DNA from: a virus
IMG/VR virus record: IMGVR_UViG_3300021963_000038
Span: 32,001 to 96,000 of that record
Strand: one strand, 5' to 3'
DNA length: 64,000 nt
The translations under genes were made by a program, and so were the position numbers. The notes beneath the pieces are model-generated. The model was not told the DNA's origin. It did no database searches and worked only from the letters and a program-made list of their open reading frames with translations. Shown here one piece after another: positions 47,473 through 57,707 of this stretch; position 1 is the first letter of the stretch, and every line of letters starts with the position of its first letter.

Positions 47473-48013
47473 TATTCGTGTCATCAAAACAGGTATCAAT
47501 GTTTCAAAGATAATTAAACAACTGAAACAATATCCTGAAGATTGGGAAAACCAAAAGAAATTAGATGGTGCTCAATCATTGATTGACCGTGGCTTTGATG
47601 ACTTGCCTGCCGGTGTATTACAACTAGTCATTGGTGGTGTAACGAATGTAAATGATTTTGTTGGTGATAGTGAGATTTGTATTCCCACTCCTGCTTATGA
47701 TAGACACACAGAGATTATTGGTTTTCTAAAAAGACATTTTAAAAATTTCAAACGATGTGGTTTTCTATCATTAGAGGTTGGTGGTACAGTTGGTCGACAC
47801 ATAGATGAAGGCACTTATTATCTAACAAAAGATAGATATCATTTATCCATTCAAGGTCGATATAAGTATATGGTCGGAGACGAAGAAGTGATTGTTGAAC
47901 CGGGTACTTTGTTGTGGTTCAATAATAAATTATTGCATGGCACAGAAAATGTTGGTGATTGTACAAGAATCACCTTTGTCTTTGATGTACCACATTCAAA
48001 ATCAAACCCATAA
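47465..48013 (+). CDS. 2OG-Fe(II) oxygenase (Asp/Asn beta-hydroxylase-like)
   Basis: HID, RYHLSIQG, WFNNKLLH, RITFVFD; TTG start behind GGAG. Confidence 0.75.
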   Translation: MDNIRVIKTGINVSKIIKQLKQYPEDWENQKKLDGAQSLIDRGFDDLPAGVLQLVIGGVTNVNDFVGDSEICIPTPAYDRHTEIIGFLKRHFKNFKRCGFLSLEVGGTVGRHIDEGTYYLTKDRYHLSIQGRYKYMVGDEEVIVEPGTLLWFNNKLLHGTENVGDCTRITFVFDVPHSKSNP

Positions 48014-48942
48014 TGTTACAAGTTCTATTACCTTTTTTAACTGCAATTGGTCTATCAGGCATTGCAGCTTACTATTCAGTTATCGGCCTAGCACAGATAT
48101 TTCCAGGTTCATACTGGCCAATTATCATCATGGGTTCGATACTTGAAGCATCAAAATTGGTAACAGTATCTTGGTTATATAATAATTGGAATAATACTGT
48201 TAATGTGATGCGCTACTATTTTTTAGCAGCCATTATTTTATTAATGATGATTACTTCAATGGGTATTTTTGGTTTCTTGTCTAAGGCACACCTTGAACAT
48301 TCATCGGATAATGCACCACTTGTAAACAAGATTTCAATCTTAGATGAGAGAATTAAAACAGAGAGAGAGAACATTGATGCCAATCGCAAAATACTCAAAC
48401 AATATGATGAGATTGTGGACCAAACGATGGGTCGCACAACAGATGAAAAAGGTACCGACAAGGCGCAAGCGATACGCCGTACCCAACAGAAAGACCGTAG
48501 TAGAATATTACAAGATATTCAACAGTCGCAAACCACCATTGCCAAATACTCCGAGGAACGTGCGCCTCTATCTAATGAGCTTAAGAAAATCGAAGCGGAT
48601 GTTGGACCAATCAAATATATTGCCGCCTTACTCTACAATCAGGCGGTTGATGTGGATATCATTGACAAAGCGGTCAGGCTGGTAATTTTATTAATCATTG
48701 TTGTGTTTGACCCACTTGCAATTCTATTATTGATTGCCTCAAATCAAACATACCGAAAAATAAAAGAAGAAGAATCGGAACCAATTGAACCATATAAACG
48801 CAAGGTAAAGAAGAAAAAAGAGGTTGCCAAATCAACAGCACCTAGTGTAGAATTGTTCATGGAAGATACAGAAGTCATAAAGAAATCAGATATCGTAGAA
48901 ATTAAACCTCGAAAGAATACTCTTGAGGGTGGTACATTTTAA
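48013..48942 (+). CDS. membrane protein with coiled coil, ending GGTF
   Basis: Several TM segments; ITSMGIFGFLSKAH, VGPIKYIA, VFDPLA motifs. Confidence 0.7.
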   Translation: MLQVLLPFLTAIGLSGIAAYYSVIGLAQIFPGSYWPIIIMGSILEASKLVTVSWLYNNWNNTVNVMRYYFLAAIILLMMITSMGIFGFLSKAHLEHSSDNAPLVNKISILDERIKTERENIDANRKILKQYDEIVDQTMGRTTDEKGTDKAQAIRRTQQKDRSRILQDIQQSQTTIAKYSEERAPLSNELKKIEADVGPIKYIAALLYNQAVDVDIIDKAVRLVILLIIVVFDPLAILLLIASNQTYRKIKEEESEPIEPYKRKVKKKKEVAKSTAPSVELFMEDTEVIKKSDIVEIKPRKNTLEGGTF

Positions 48943-48953
48943 AAGGAAATATT

Positions 48954-50012
48954 ATGAGTTTACTAGACAAATTGAAAAAGAATTCAACAATTAAAGATAG
49001 CGCAATTCTATCCAAATCTAAATTCTTTACTGAAAAAGATATGGTACCAACAGAAGTGCCGATGATTAATGTGGCACTATCTGGTCGCCTTGATGGTGGT
49101 ATTATTCCTGGTCTTACTATGTGGGCAGGACCATCGAAACACTTTAAGACTGCCTTTAGTTTGTTGATGGCAAAGGCTTACATGGACAAATATCCAGAAT
49201 CAGTATTGTTATTCTATGATTCAGAATTTGGAACACCTGTTAAATACTTTGAAACATTTCAGATTGATATGGACAGAGTTCTACATACACCTTTAACTGA
49301 CATTGAACAGTTGAAGTTCGATATTATGCAACAGCTTCAAGATGTGAACCGTGGTGATAAACTAATTATCATCCTTGATTCTATTGGTAATCTAGCATCT
49401 AAGAAGGAAGTAGAAGATGCACTTGAAGGTAAATCTGTTGCAGATATGAGTCGTGCGAAACAAGTTAAGAGTTTGTTCCGCATGGTAACACCACACTTGA
49501 ATCTAAAAGATATTCCAATGGTGGTTGTCAATCACACATACAAAGAGATTGGTATGTTCCCGAAAGATATCGTTGGTGGTGGCACAGGTTCTTATTACTC
49601 AGCTGACAACATTTACATTCTTGGTCGTCAGCAAGAAAAAGATGGCACCGAAATTGTCGGTTACAATTTTATTATCAATGTAGAGAAATCCCGTTATGTT
49701 AAAGAAAAATCTAAAATACCTATTTCTGTATCTTTTGATGGTGGTATTAGTAAGTATAGTGGTCTACTTGACCTTGCGATTGAATCCGGCCATGTGGTCA
49801 AACCAACCAATGGTTGGTATGCAAAGGTAGACCAAAAGACTGGTGAAATCGGTGATAAGAAACGTATCGCTGACACATCAACACCAGAATTTATGGAACC
49901 GATTCTGAATGATAGTAAATTCAGAGATTTTATTAAACACAAATATGAGATTGCTTATGGGAACATTATGGGAGAAACTCCTGTTTTGGAAGAAGCCGAA
50001 GATGCTGCTTGA
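48954..50012 (+). CDS. uvsX: RecA-like recombinase UvsX
   Basis: AGPSKHFKT, FYDSEFG, DSIGNLASKKE, VGGGTG. Confidence 0.95.
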   Translation: MSLLDKLKKNSTIKDSAILSKSKFFTEKDMVPTEVPMINVALSGRLDGGIIPGLTMWAGPSKHFKTAFSLLMAKAYMDKYPESVLLFYDSEFGTPVKYFETFQIDMDRVLHTPLTDIEQLKFDIMQQLQDVNRGDKLIIILDSIGNLASKKEVEDALEGKSVADMSRAKQVKSLFRMVTPHLNLKDIPMVVVNHTYKEIGMFPKDIVGGGTGSYYSADNIYILGRQQEKDGTEIVGYNFIINVEKSRYVKEKSKIPISVSFDGGISKYSGLLDLAIESGHVVKPTNGWYAKVDQKTGEIGDKKRIADTSTPEFMEPILNDSKFRDFIKHKYEIAYGNIMGETPVLEEAEDAA

Positions 50013-50313
50013 AGGTAAAGATTACCGCTTCATAGACTTCACCAATTCCGAAATTACAGGAATTCAAATTCTTGAAGGAGAATTTGCCGGTGTAGTCTAT
50101 CATTATGGTAAAGCAAGAGTTCAAGAGGCAGGCGAATTTGCAAAACTACAATTCGGTTATACACTCGTCCACTCAGGTAAACATGACATAGATGAGTTGC
50201 AAAACAACGAAGAATTTGTTACAATAATGGGTGACATACTAACAGAGATTTTGATAAATCAACATAATGAACCGACTAGAACATTCAATACTGAAGAACC
50301 TGATTTACAATGA
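50002..50313 (+). CDS. conserved hypothetical protein (gp40-like position)
   Basis: Located between uvsX and gp41; start moved to ATG 50002. Confidence 0.55.
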   Translation: MLLEGKDYRFIDFTNSEITGIQILEGEFAGVVYHYGKARVQEAGEFAKLQFGYTLVHSGKHDIDELQNNEEFVTIMGDILTEILINQHNEPTRTFNTEEPDLQ

Positions 50314-51670
50314 TAGTTATTGCCGTAAGGTATTACCATTCATAAGTGCTGACTACTTTTCGGATGATACCGAAAAAGTAGTATTCAAAGAAGTTAATGA
50401 GTTTGTAAACAAATATAAAAATTTACCAACACATGAAGCTTTGGTGATTAACTTCACAGAAAGTAAATCTCTAACTGAAGCACAAGTTAGAACATCTATA
50501 AATCTTCTCAATGAGATTCACGAACACAGAGAAGAACCTACCGAAGAACAATGGCTTATCGAGCAGACTGAGAAGTTCTGTCAAGATAAAGCCATTTACA
50601 ATGCCATCATGGAGTCTGTTTCAATCCTTGATGACAAGAATCACAAGACATCCAAAGGTGAAATTCCAAAACTTCTAAGTGATGCTCTTGGTGTTTCTTT
50701 TGATTCACACATTGGTCACGATTATATCAACGATGCAGAAGAACGATTTGACTTCTACCATCGTGTTGAAGAACGTGTTCGTTTTGACCTTGACTTGTTT
50801 AACAAGATTACAAAAGGTGGATTACCTGTTAAGACTTTGAATATTGCTTTGGCAGGTACAGGCGTTGGCAAATCTTTGTTTATGTGTCATGTGGCTGCCG
50901 CCTGTATCAGTCAAGGTAAAAATGTTTTGTACATCACACTTGAGATGGCAGAAGAACGAATCGCTGAACGAATCGATGCAAACCTTCTTAACATTGATAT
51001 ACAAGAACTACACACAATTAGCAAACAAGATTATGACCGTAAGTTTGATGTGTTGAGAAGTAAGACACAAGGTAAACTAATCATCAAAGAATATCCAACT
51101 GCTTCTGCTTCTACATTACATTTCAGGTCTTTGTTACAAGATTTACATCTAAAGAAGAACTTCAAACCAGATATCATCTTTGTTGATTATCTGAATATTT
51201 GTTCCTCTGCTCGTATGAAACCTGGTAATAGTGTTAACAGTTACACTTACATCAAGGCGATTGCTGAAGAATTGCGAGGTCTTGCTGTTGAGTTTGCTGT
51301 GCCTATTGTTAGTGCAACACAAACAACAAGAAGTGGTTTTACAAACAGCGACCCTGGTCTTGAAGATACAAGTGAATCGTTTGGTCTGCCTGCAACTGCC
51401 GACTTTATGTTTGCTTTGATTACAACAGAAGAACTTGAACAACTTGGCCAGATTATGGTTAAGCAATTGAAGAATCGTTATTCGGATCCAAACAACTATA
51501 AACGATTCGTTATTGGTATCGATAGAGCAAAGATGAAACTATTCGATGCTGAACCTGATGCACAGAATGGCATTGTTGATAGTGGCCACGATATACCAGA
51601 TAAACCTTTAAATACTTTTGGTGACCGTGAAAGAAAATTCAATAGTAAATTTGAAGGAGTGAGAGTTTAA
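50267..51670 (+). CDS. gp41: replicative helicase gp41
   Basis: AGTGVGKS, ITLEMAEE, VDYLNI, SESFGLPATAD, QLKNRY. Confidence 0.96.
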   Translation: MNRLEHSILKNLIYNDSYCRKVLPFISADYFSDDTEKVVFKEVNEFVNKYKNLPTHEALVINFTESKSLTEAQVRTSINLLNEIHEHREEPTEEQWLIEQTEKFCQDKAIYNAIMESVSILDDKNHKTSKGEIPKLLSDALGVSFDSHIGHDYINDAEERFDFYHRVEERVRFDLDLFNKITKGGLPVKTLNIALAGTGVGKSLFMCHVAAACISQGKNVLYITLEMAEERIAERIDANLLNIDIQELHTISKQDYDRKFDVLRSKTQGKLIIKEYPTASASTLHFRSLLQDLHLKKNFKPDIIFVDYLNICSSARMKPGNSVNSYTYIKAIAEELRGLAVEFAVPIVSATQTTRSGFTNSDPGLEDTSESFGLPATADFMFALITTEELEQLGQIMVKQLKNRYSDPNNYKRFVIGIDRAKMKLFDAEPDAQNGIVDSGHDIPDKPLNTFGDRERKFNSKFEGVRV

Positions 51671-51913
51671 ATGAAGGTCGTAAATTTAAATCGTGAGTTA
51701 CCAAAAGAGAAACGTAAAAAAGATTTATTGGAAATCATCGATTCGTTTCGTCAAAGAATAGTTGATGATGAAGTTGAAGAATTTGTTATTGCTTCTATGG
51801 ATCCAAATGATGGTGAAGTTGTGATTACAGTTTGTTGCCAAGATTATGTGGGTGCAGTAGGCCTATTTGAAATTGGTAAACATATATTATTTCAAGTTAA
51901 TGAAGAACAATGA
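51671..51913 (+). CDS. hypothetical protein
   Basis: 80 aa ORF, coupled to the next gene. Confidence 0.55.
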   Translation: MKVVNLNRELPKEKRKKDLLEIIDSFRQRIVDDEVEEFVIASMDPNDGEVVITVCCQDYVGAVGLFEIGKHILFQVNEEQ

Positions 51914-53025
51914 GTTTAAATAGAGACCAAGCACTTCATTGTGCAAAAGCATTTGCAGACTATTTCGATAAGTTTTCCCGTATCGATGAGTATATGCGGG
52001 AGCAAAAACTTAATTCATTGGCTGAAAGACCTTTTGTTTTACCTGGATGTGGACCAGAAGAAGATTTATTTTCTGATTTTTCCATGTCACCAATGGATAT
52101 GGAGTTTGAAATTGTATTGATGGAACAGGAACGATGGGCTTCTTACCTTGATATTATTTCTTCACATAATAATCTTTCAAGTCCAGGTAAATCATTACGC
52201 TTTGGTGTTCTGGAAAAGAAAACAAATAAGTGGGTCGGATTCTGTCGCCTTGGGTCTCCAACGATTATGATGAAGCCTCGTAATGAGATGCTTGGTGAAG
52301 TCTTTACAAACACTCCAGAGGGTGCCAAATCGTTTAATAACACAACGATTATGGGTTTCGTTATTGTACCTGCTCAACCTTTTGGGTTTAATTACCTTGG
52401 TGGCAAGTTACTTGCGGCAATCTGTTGTTCACATGAAGTTAGAAATTTGTTGAATGACAAATACAAAATGAATACTTGTTTGTTTGAAACTACAAGTCTT
52501 TATGGTTCTTCAAAGGCAGCCTCACAATATGATGGTATGAAACCATATTTAAGATTCAAAGGTCTTACAGATTCAGATTTTCTACCAATGATGCACGGCA
52601 AACCATATGATGATATCAGAGATTATGTGGAAAAAATTAATGGTGGTCCTATTGTACCAGAAGATGCTTCAAGTCGTAAGTTGAAGATATCAAATACAAT
52701 TATTGCTATGACAAAGGCTGCATTGAAAACACATAAAGATGAATATGATGCCTTCGTTACTACTATCAATAATGCTAAGAATTTGACAGAACAAAAGAGA
52801 TACTATGCTTCAAACTATGGTTTTAAGAACTATGTTGATGTGGTACTTGGAAGAACCGATAAGTTGATACCAGATGAAAACTATGACAAGTTTCATATGG
52901 AGAAAATTGTAGATTGGTGGAAACAGAAGGCCACCAATCGGTTCGACAATCTAAAGACGGAAGGTCGTCTAAGAACAGAACAAGAAGTCTGGACTAGTGG
53001 AAAAGTGCTTGACATTATTCGTTAA
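51910..53025 (+). CDS. DUF4338/DruA-like protein (putative Mom-like GNAT fold), paralog 2
   Basis: PFGFNYLGGKLLA..C.S.EV, FETTSLYG, SQYDG shared with 28340..29677. Confidence 0.6.
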   Translation: MSLNRDQALHCAKAFADYFDKFSRIDEYMREQKLNSLAERPFVLPGCGPEEDLFSDFSMSPMDMEFEIVLMEQERWASYLDIISSHNNLSSPGKSLRFGVLEKKTNKWVGFCRLGSPTIMMKPRNEMLGEVFTNTPEGAKSFNNTTIMGFVIVPAQPFGFNYLGGKLLAAICCSHEVRNLLNDKYKMNTCLFETTSLYGSSKAASQYDGMKPYLRFKGLTDSDFLPMMHGKPYDDIRDYVEKINGGPIVPEDASSRKLKISNTIIAMTKAALKTHKDEYDAFVTTINNAKNLTEQKRYYASNYGFKNYVDVVLGRTDKLIPDENYDKFHMEKIVDWWKQKATNRFDNLKTEGRLRTEQEVWTSGKVLDIIR

Positions 53026-53064
53026 ATGCGGTAGGATAAATACTCCAAAATTGATAGGAGTATT
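53009..53064 (+). promoter_or_regulatory. promoter elements plus RBS-sequestering hairpin
   Basis: TTGACA-17 bp-TAGGAT, a GATAAATA late-like box, and hairpin aatactcc(53039-46)/ggagtatt(53057-64) covering the SD. Confidence 0.55.
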
Positions 53065-53066
53065 AA

Positions 53067-54137
53067 ATGGCAGAAGGAATATCAGGCGCAGGTGCGGAGA
53101 TAACAGCATTAGCTGAAAGTCTGCAAGCATATGCTTGTGCAACTAGACAATATCTAGGTAAAGACCTTGTTGACATATCTCAAGTTACATCCAAAACTAT
53201 TGGTGATGCCGAATGTGATAGGACATTAGACAAGTGTATGAAAACTTTGGATGAAAATTGGTTCACAAGTGTTGTCAAAACTGCAAATCAAATATTCGTA
53301 GATGTACCTGAAGCAAGAACTGGTAACAAGTATAAATTTTATCGTGGTGGTAAATTTGTAGATTCAATTTATAATGAATGGCGTAGGATGAAAAAAGATA
53401 GTGGTCTTACAGGTGATGATAAATGGAATCCTGCCGACATTTGGATGGTCAAAAAAGGTTTCACATTGAAAACAAAATGGCCAACATTAAGGGAATACAA
53501 TCGATATATGTACGATGAGTTTGCTAGAAAGAATTTGATAGGCATTTCATTAAAGAAATTGGATCCAAAAGGTTCTGCTCACTCTAAAATTTTTAATGCA
53601 GGTAAACCATTGACAGCAGAATTTACTGGTGTCAAACTTGGACCAAATATGTTGGACTCAAAAGACATTTACATAAAATTTAAGTCTGAAGGTAAAGATG
53701 GAGAAATTCAATTGAGAAACTTCTCTAGTAGACCAGTACCATCGTCATGGCAAGGAGAAATTAAAGGTAAGACAGCTGCTGGTGGTAAAATTGGTGGCGG
53801 TGTGATTTTTGAAGGTGCCATAGATACTGGAGTTAACAGAGCAAAGTTAACATTACCTAATCAAACACCAATTGATAAACCTACTGAAGCACAATTTAAA
53901 CAGTTTGCAACGATGTTTAAAGAATTGTCAAAGAGTAAAGAATCAATTCCTAATTTAATTATTCAAGCAAAAGCAGGACACAGGAAAGATAAGACTTGGT
54001 GGATGTCAAAGTATATTGGTATCGACCTTGTGTATACTATGATTAAAGAAAAGAAAATGGATCCTCTCTGTTCTTATATGTTTCAATATGCATCATCAGC
54101 CACAAAAAACAGTAGCATTTTCATAAAGTATAGTTAA
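53067..54137 (+). CDS. putative PD-(D/E)XK-like nuclease
   Basis: AES N-terminal helix, DKWNPADIW...IGISLKK motif. Confidence 0.5.
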   Translation: MAEGISGAGAEITALAESLQAYACATRQYLGKDLVDISQVTSKTIGDAECDRTLDKCMKTLDENWFTSVVKTANQIFVDVPEARTGNKYKFYRGGKFVDSIYNEWRRMKKDSGLTGDDKWNPADIWMVKKGFTLKTKWPTLREYNRYMYDEFARKNLIGISLKKLDPKGSAHSKIFNAGKPLTAEFTGVKLGPNMLDSKDIYIKFKSEGKDGEIQLRNFSSRPVPSSWQGEIKGKTAAGGKIGGGVIFEGAIDTGVNRAKLTLPNQTPIDKPTEAQFKQFATMFKELSKSKESIPNLIIQAKAGHRKDKTWWMSKYIGIDLVYTMIKEKKMDPLCSYMFQYASSATKNSSIFIKYS

Positions 54138-54138
54138 T

Positions 54139-55368
54139 ATGAAATTCAAAGAATTTTTAACGGAAGCAACAGCAACAGGTAAGAACCTACACCTCGAACA
54201 TATTGAGGATGAGATTCTTAATCGTGGTGTGCAAGGTGGTCGTGATGCAATTAATTTCTTACAGTCGTTGAGAGATATGCTTGCTGGTCATGCAAAATCT
54301 AAAGTGAACATTACCACGAAATGGGATGGTGCGCCTGCCGTATTCTGTGGTATTAATCCTGAGAATGGTAAGTTCTTTGTTGGTACTAAAGGCGTCTTTA
54401 ATAAAAATGCCAAGTTAAACTATACCGATGAAGATATTGATAACAATCACCCATCTGAAGGTCTTAATGCGAAATTAAAAGTTGCTTTGCGATACTTGCC
54501 TAAGTTAGGCATCAAAGGTATTCTGCAAGGTGATATGATGTTCTCTAAAGGTGATTTAAAGAAACAAACAATCGATGGTGAAAACTATATTACATTTCAA
54601 CCAAATACAATTGTTTATGCCATACCATCCGATTCTAAACTTGCTGCGTCTATGCAAGCTGCACAAATGGGTATTGTGTTTCATACTTCATACACAGGCA
54701 GAACTATTGAAGATATGAAAGCATCTTTTAATATTGATATCGGTAAATTATCATCAACAAAAGATGTTTGGTTCCGTGATGCATCATTTGTTGATGCTTC
54801 AGGTTCAGCCACATTTACAGAAGATGAAACAAAAGAATTGACAGGCATTTTATCACAAGCAGGTAGAATATTTCAATCGATTTCTTCTCTGACAGTTAAT
54901 CGCATTGCATCTACTGAAACTATCAGAATTCAAATTGCAACATTCAACAACACCAAAGTTCGTGCTGGTGAAAGAATCAAAGATACTCAGAAACATACAA
55001 CAGAATTAATTAAAACGATTGAAGCAAAATTAAATCAACACGTTCTTGATGCCAAGAAAGAAGATACTAGGAAGAAAAGAGTTGCTGAAAAGAATGAAGT
55101 TATGCGATTCTACCGCAGTAATGCATCTGAGTTGCGTAAAGTATTTGACTTTATGAATCTGATTGTTGATGCAAAATTAAAAATCATTCGCAAATTAGAA
55201 ACTATTCGTGATGTTGGTACTTTCATTCGTACTGATGATGGGTTTAGAATTACTGCACCAGAAGGTTTTGTTGCAGTAGATAAATTAAAAGGTAACGCAG
55301 TTAAATTGGTTGATAGGTTAGAATTTGCCCACGCCAACTTTAATGCAGCTAAGAATTGGGACAAATAA
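54139..55368 (+). CDS. DUF6267-like protein with ligase-type nucleotidyltransferase motifs
   Basis: KNLHLEHIED, TKWDG (motif I), QGD, PEGFV (motif IV), VKLV (motif V). Confidence 0.6.
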   Translation: MKFKEFLTEATATGKNLHLEHIEDEILNRGVQGGRDAINFLQSLRDMLAGHAKSKVNITTKWDGAPAVFCGINPENGKFFVGTKGVFNKNAKLNYTDEDIDNNHPSEGLNAKLKVALRYLPKLGIKGILQGDMMFSKGDLKKQTIDGENYITFQPNTIVYAIPSDSKLAASMQAAQMGIVFHTSYTGRTIEDMKASFNIDIGKLSSTKDVWFRDASFVDASGSATFTEDETKELTGILSQAGRIFQSISSLTVNRIASTETIRIQIATFNNTKVRAGERIKDTQKHTTELIKTIEAKLNQHVLDAKKEDTRKKRVAEKNEVMRFYRSNASELRKVFDFMNLIVDAKLKIIRKLETIRDVGTFIRTDDGFRITAPEGFVAVDKLKGNAVKLVDRLEFAHANFNAAKNWDK

Positions 55369-55649
55369 TGGCAGAGAAAAAATTTGATTTAAGTTCCATT
55401 ATGGCCGAATACGGCGATAATGATTTTGGTTTTACGGCAATCGATGAAGAAGAATACAATTCGATTATTGCTGAAAAAGAAGATACTGTTGAAGAATACA
55501 AAGCAAGACTACATGAAGTTGAGAAATTGATTCTTCCATTTCTAACAAAACTGTTACAGACGGCAGACCAACCTATCATTAAGTGGCCTAATCGAAAGCC
55601 TGTATTAGAATCACAGATTCAAAAAATATTAAACCTAACTAGAGGATGA
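55368..55649 (+). CDS. hypothetical protein
   Basis: DFGFTA..., ILPFL, IKWPNR; coupled TAATG start. Confidence 0.6.
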   Translation: MAEKKFDLSSIMAEYGDNDFGFTAIDEEEYNSIIAEKEDTVEEYKARLHEVEKLILPFLTKLLQTADQPIIKWPNRKPVLESQIQKILNLTRG

Positions 55650-55650
55650 T

Positions 55651-55815
55651 ATGATTGTCCGTGCTGTAAGAAAGTTAAGAGAGAAAGTAGAAAAAGATAT
55701 TCTACCAAAAGCTGGTGCAGGTCAATGGGGTACAGATGAGTTGAAAAATACTTATCTAAAAGATACACCAGGTCAAAAGATTACCAGGTTTAAAGAGTAT
55801 AGGCGACATAAGTAA
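55651..55815 (+). CDS. small hypothetical protein (54 aa, not in the ORF track)
   Basis: GAGG RBS; GTDELKNTYLKDTPGQ motif. Confidence 0.5.
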   Translation: MIVRAVRKLREKVEKDILPKAGAGQWGTDELKNTYLKDTPGQKITRFKEYRRHK

Positions 55816-55837
55816 TTATTTAACTGATTGGAATATT

Positions 55838-56686
55838 ATGAAAGATTTGATTATAGGTGCTTGCACCAACTATGATTGGGACAAATTAAAGTATTGGGTT
55901 AACTCAATAAACAGAAGTGGTTTTACTGGCGACAAGGTTATGGTTGCCTTTAATATAAGCTTTGAAACTGTTGACAGATTAACTAAAGCTGGTTTCCAAG
56001 TTATTGTTCCTGGTAAATCCGATGAGGTGAACAAACAATTCACCTATCAATCTAACTTACCAATCCATGTGGAACGATTCATCCACATTTACAACTATCT
56101 ACAAACACATGATGAATATCGGTATGTTATCACAACCGATGTGAAAGATGTTATCTTCCAACACAACCCATCTGAAGCATTAGACTTAGAACTAGGTGCA
56201 AGACAACTGTACCTATTTGCTTCCGAAAGTATGTACTACAAAGATGAACCATGGGGCAATCAAAATTTGATTGAAACATTTGGTCCTTTCTTCCACAATA
56301 TTTTCAAAGAGAATGAAATTTATAATGTGGGTGTTCTTGCTGGTCGTGGCCATGCTATTCAAGATTTGGCAGCAATGATTTTTGCCATGTCAGTCAATCG
56401 ACCAATACCAATTGTAGACCAATCAACATTTAACTTTATGATTTCACAAGAACCATATTTGTCAACAGCAAGATATTGTAAATCAGAAGATGGTTGGGCT
56501 TGTCAATTGGGTACAACTGTTGACCCAAGTAAGATAGAACAATTCAGACCTTTCTTATTAGAAGCATCACCAAAAATGATTGCAGGCAATGTTACAACAT
56601 CTAGAGGAAAAGACTTTACAATTGTGCATCAGTATGATAGAATACCAGAATGGCGCAAAATTATCGAGGAAAAATATAATGACTAA
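55838..56686 (+). CDS. putative glycosyltransferase
   Basis: TTDVKDVIFQHNP DxD-like motif, N.GV, DQ, C-terminal VHQYDR. Confidence 0.65.
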   Translation: MKDLIIGACTNYDWDKLKYWVNSINRSGFTGDKVMVAFNISFETVDRLTKAGFQVIVPGKSDEVNKQFTYQSNLPIHVERFIHIYNYLQTHDEYRYVITTDVKDVIFQHNPSEALDLELGARQLYLFASESMYYKDEPWGNQNLIETFGPFFHNIFKENEIYNVGVLAGRGHAIQDLAAMIFAMSVNRPIPIVDQSTFNFMISQEPYLSTARYCKSEDGWACQLGTTVDPSKIEQFRPFLLEASPKMIAGNVTTSRGKDFTIVHQYDRIPEWRKIIEEKYND

Positions 56687-57707
56687 ACGAGTATTAATCA
56701 CCGGCGGTGCAGGCTTTATTGCACATCATTTAATTGAAACTATTCTGGACACCACAGATTGGACAATTGTATCACTTGACCGACTAGACTTCTCTGGCAA
56801 TTTAAATCGCCTAGAAGATATTATGAAGAAATATTCACCCGAACAAAAGAAACGGGTTGAGATTGTCTTTCACGATTTGCGAGCAGAAGTTAATCCACAA
56901 ACCGCTGGTTTGATTGGTGATTGCCAACTTGTGTTACACCTTGCAGCTGGTTCTCATGTAGACCGTTCAATTGAATTTCCAATGGAATTTGTGCAAGATA
57001 ATGTTATCGGCACAGTCAACCTTTTACAATTTTCAAGAACACTAAAGAACTTGGAGAGGTTTGTATACTTCTCAACTGATGAAGTATTTGGACCTGCACC
57101 TGAAGGTGTTGACTATAAAGAGAGAGACCGATATAATGCTACGAATCCTTATTCTGCCAGCAAGGCAGCGGGTGAAGAAATGTGTGTTGCCTTTGAGAAC
57201 ACTTACAATATGCCAATTTACATTACACACACAATGAATGTGTTTGGTGAACGTCAGCATCCAGAGAAATTTATTCCTAAAGCCATTCGATATGCTCGTG
57301 ATGGTGAAACACTAACTATTCATTCAGACAGAAGTAAAACTAAAGCCGGTTCTCGGCACTATGTTCATGCAAAAGATGTTGCTGATGGTTTGATGTTTAT
57401 TCTCAATTTACCTGAAGATTATGCCAAAGTTCCTGATTTTGGTGGTGCAAAGATTCCTAAATTTAACATTGTTGGACCTGATGAAGTAGATAATTTAGAG
57501 TTGGCTAAACTTATCGCAGAAGCACAAAACAAAGAACTCAAATATGAAATGGTTGATTTCCATTCATCACGACCTGGCCATGATTTGCGTTATGCATTAT
57601 CTGGTGATTACATGGCAGCTTTAGGATGGAAACCAAAGATTTCTTTGCGTGAACGCATTAGAGATATGGTTATCTGGTCATTAGAAAATGATAAGTGGCT
57701 TAAATGA
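56679..57707 (+). CDS. NDP-glucose 4,6-dehydratase (RfbB/RmlB-like)
   Basis: GGAGFIA, HLAAGSHVDRS, STDEVFG, YSASK, RPGHDLRY; start moved to ATG 56679. Confidence 0.88.
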   Translation: MTKRVLITGGAGFIAHHLIETILDTTDWTIVSLDRLDFSGNLNRLEDIMKKYSPEQKKRVEIVFHDLRAEVNPQTAGLIGDCQLVLHLAAGSHVDRSIEFPMEFVQDNVIGTVNLLQFSRTLKNLERFVYFSTDEVFGPAPEGVDYKERDRYNATNPYSASKAAGEEMCVAFENTYNMPIYITHTMNVFGERQHPEKFIPKAIRYARDGETLTIHSDRSKTKAGSRHYVHAKDVADGLMFILNLPEDYAKVPDFGGAKIPKFNIVGPDEVDNLELAKLIAEAQNKELKYEMVDFHSSRPGHDLRYALSGDYMAALGWKPKISLRERIRDMVIWSLENDKWLK

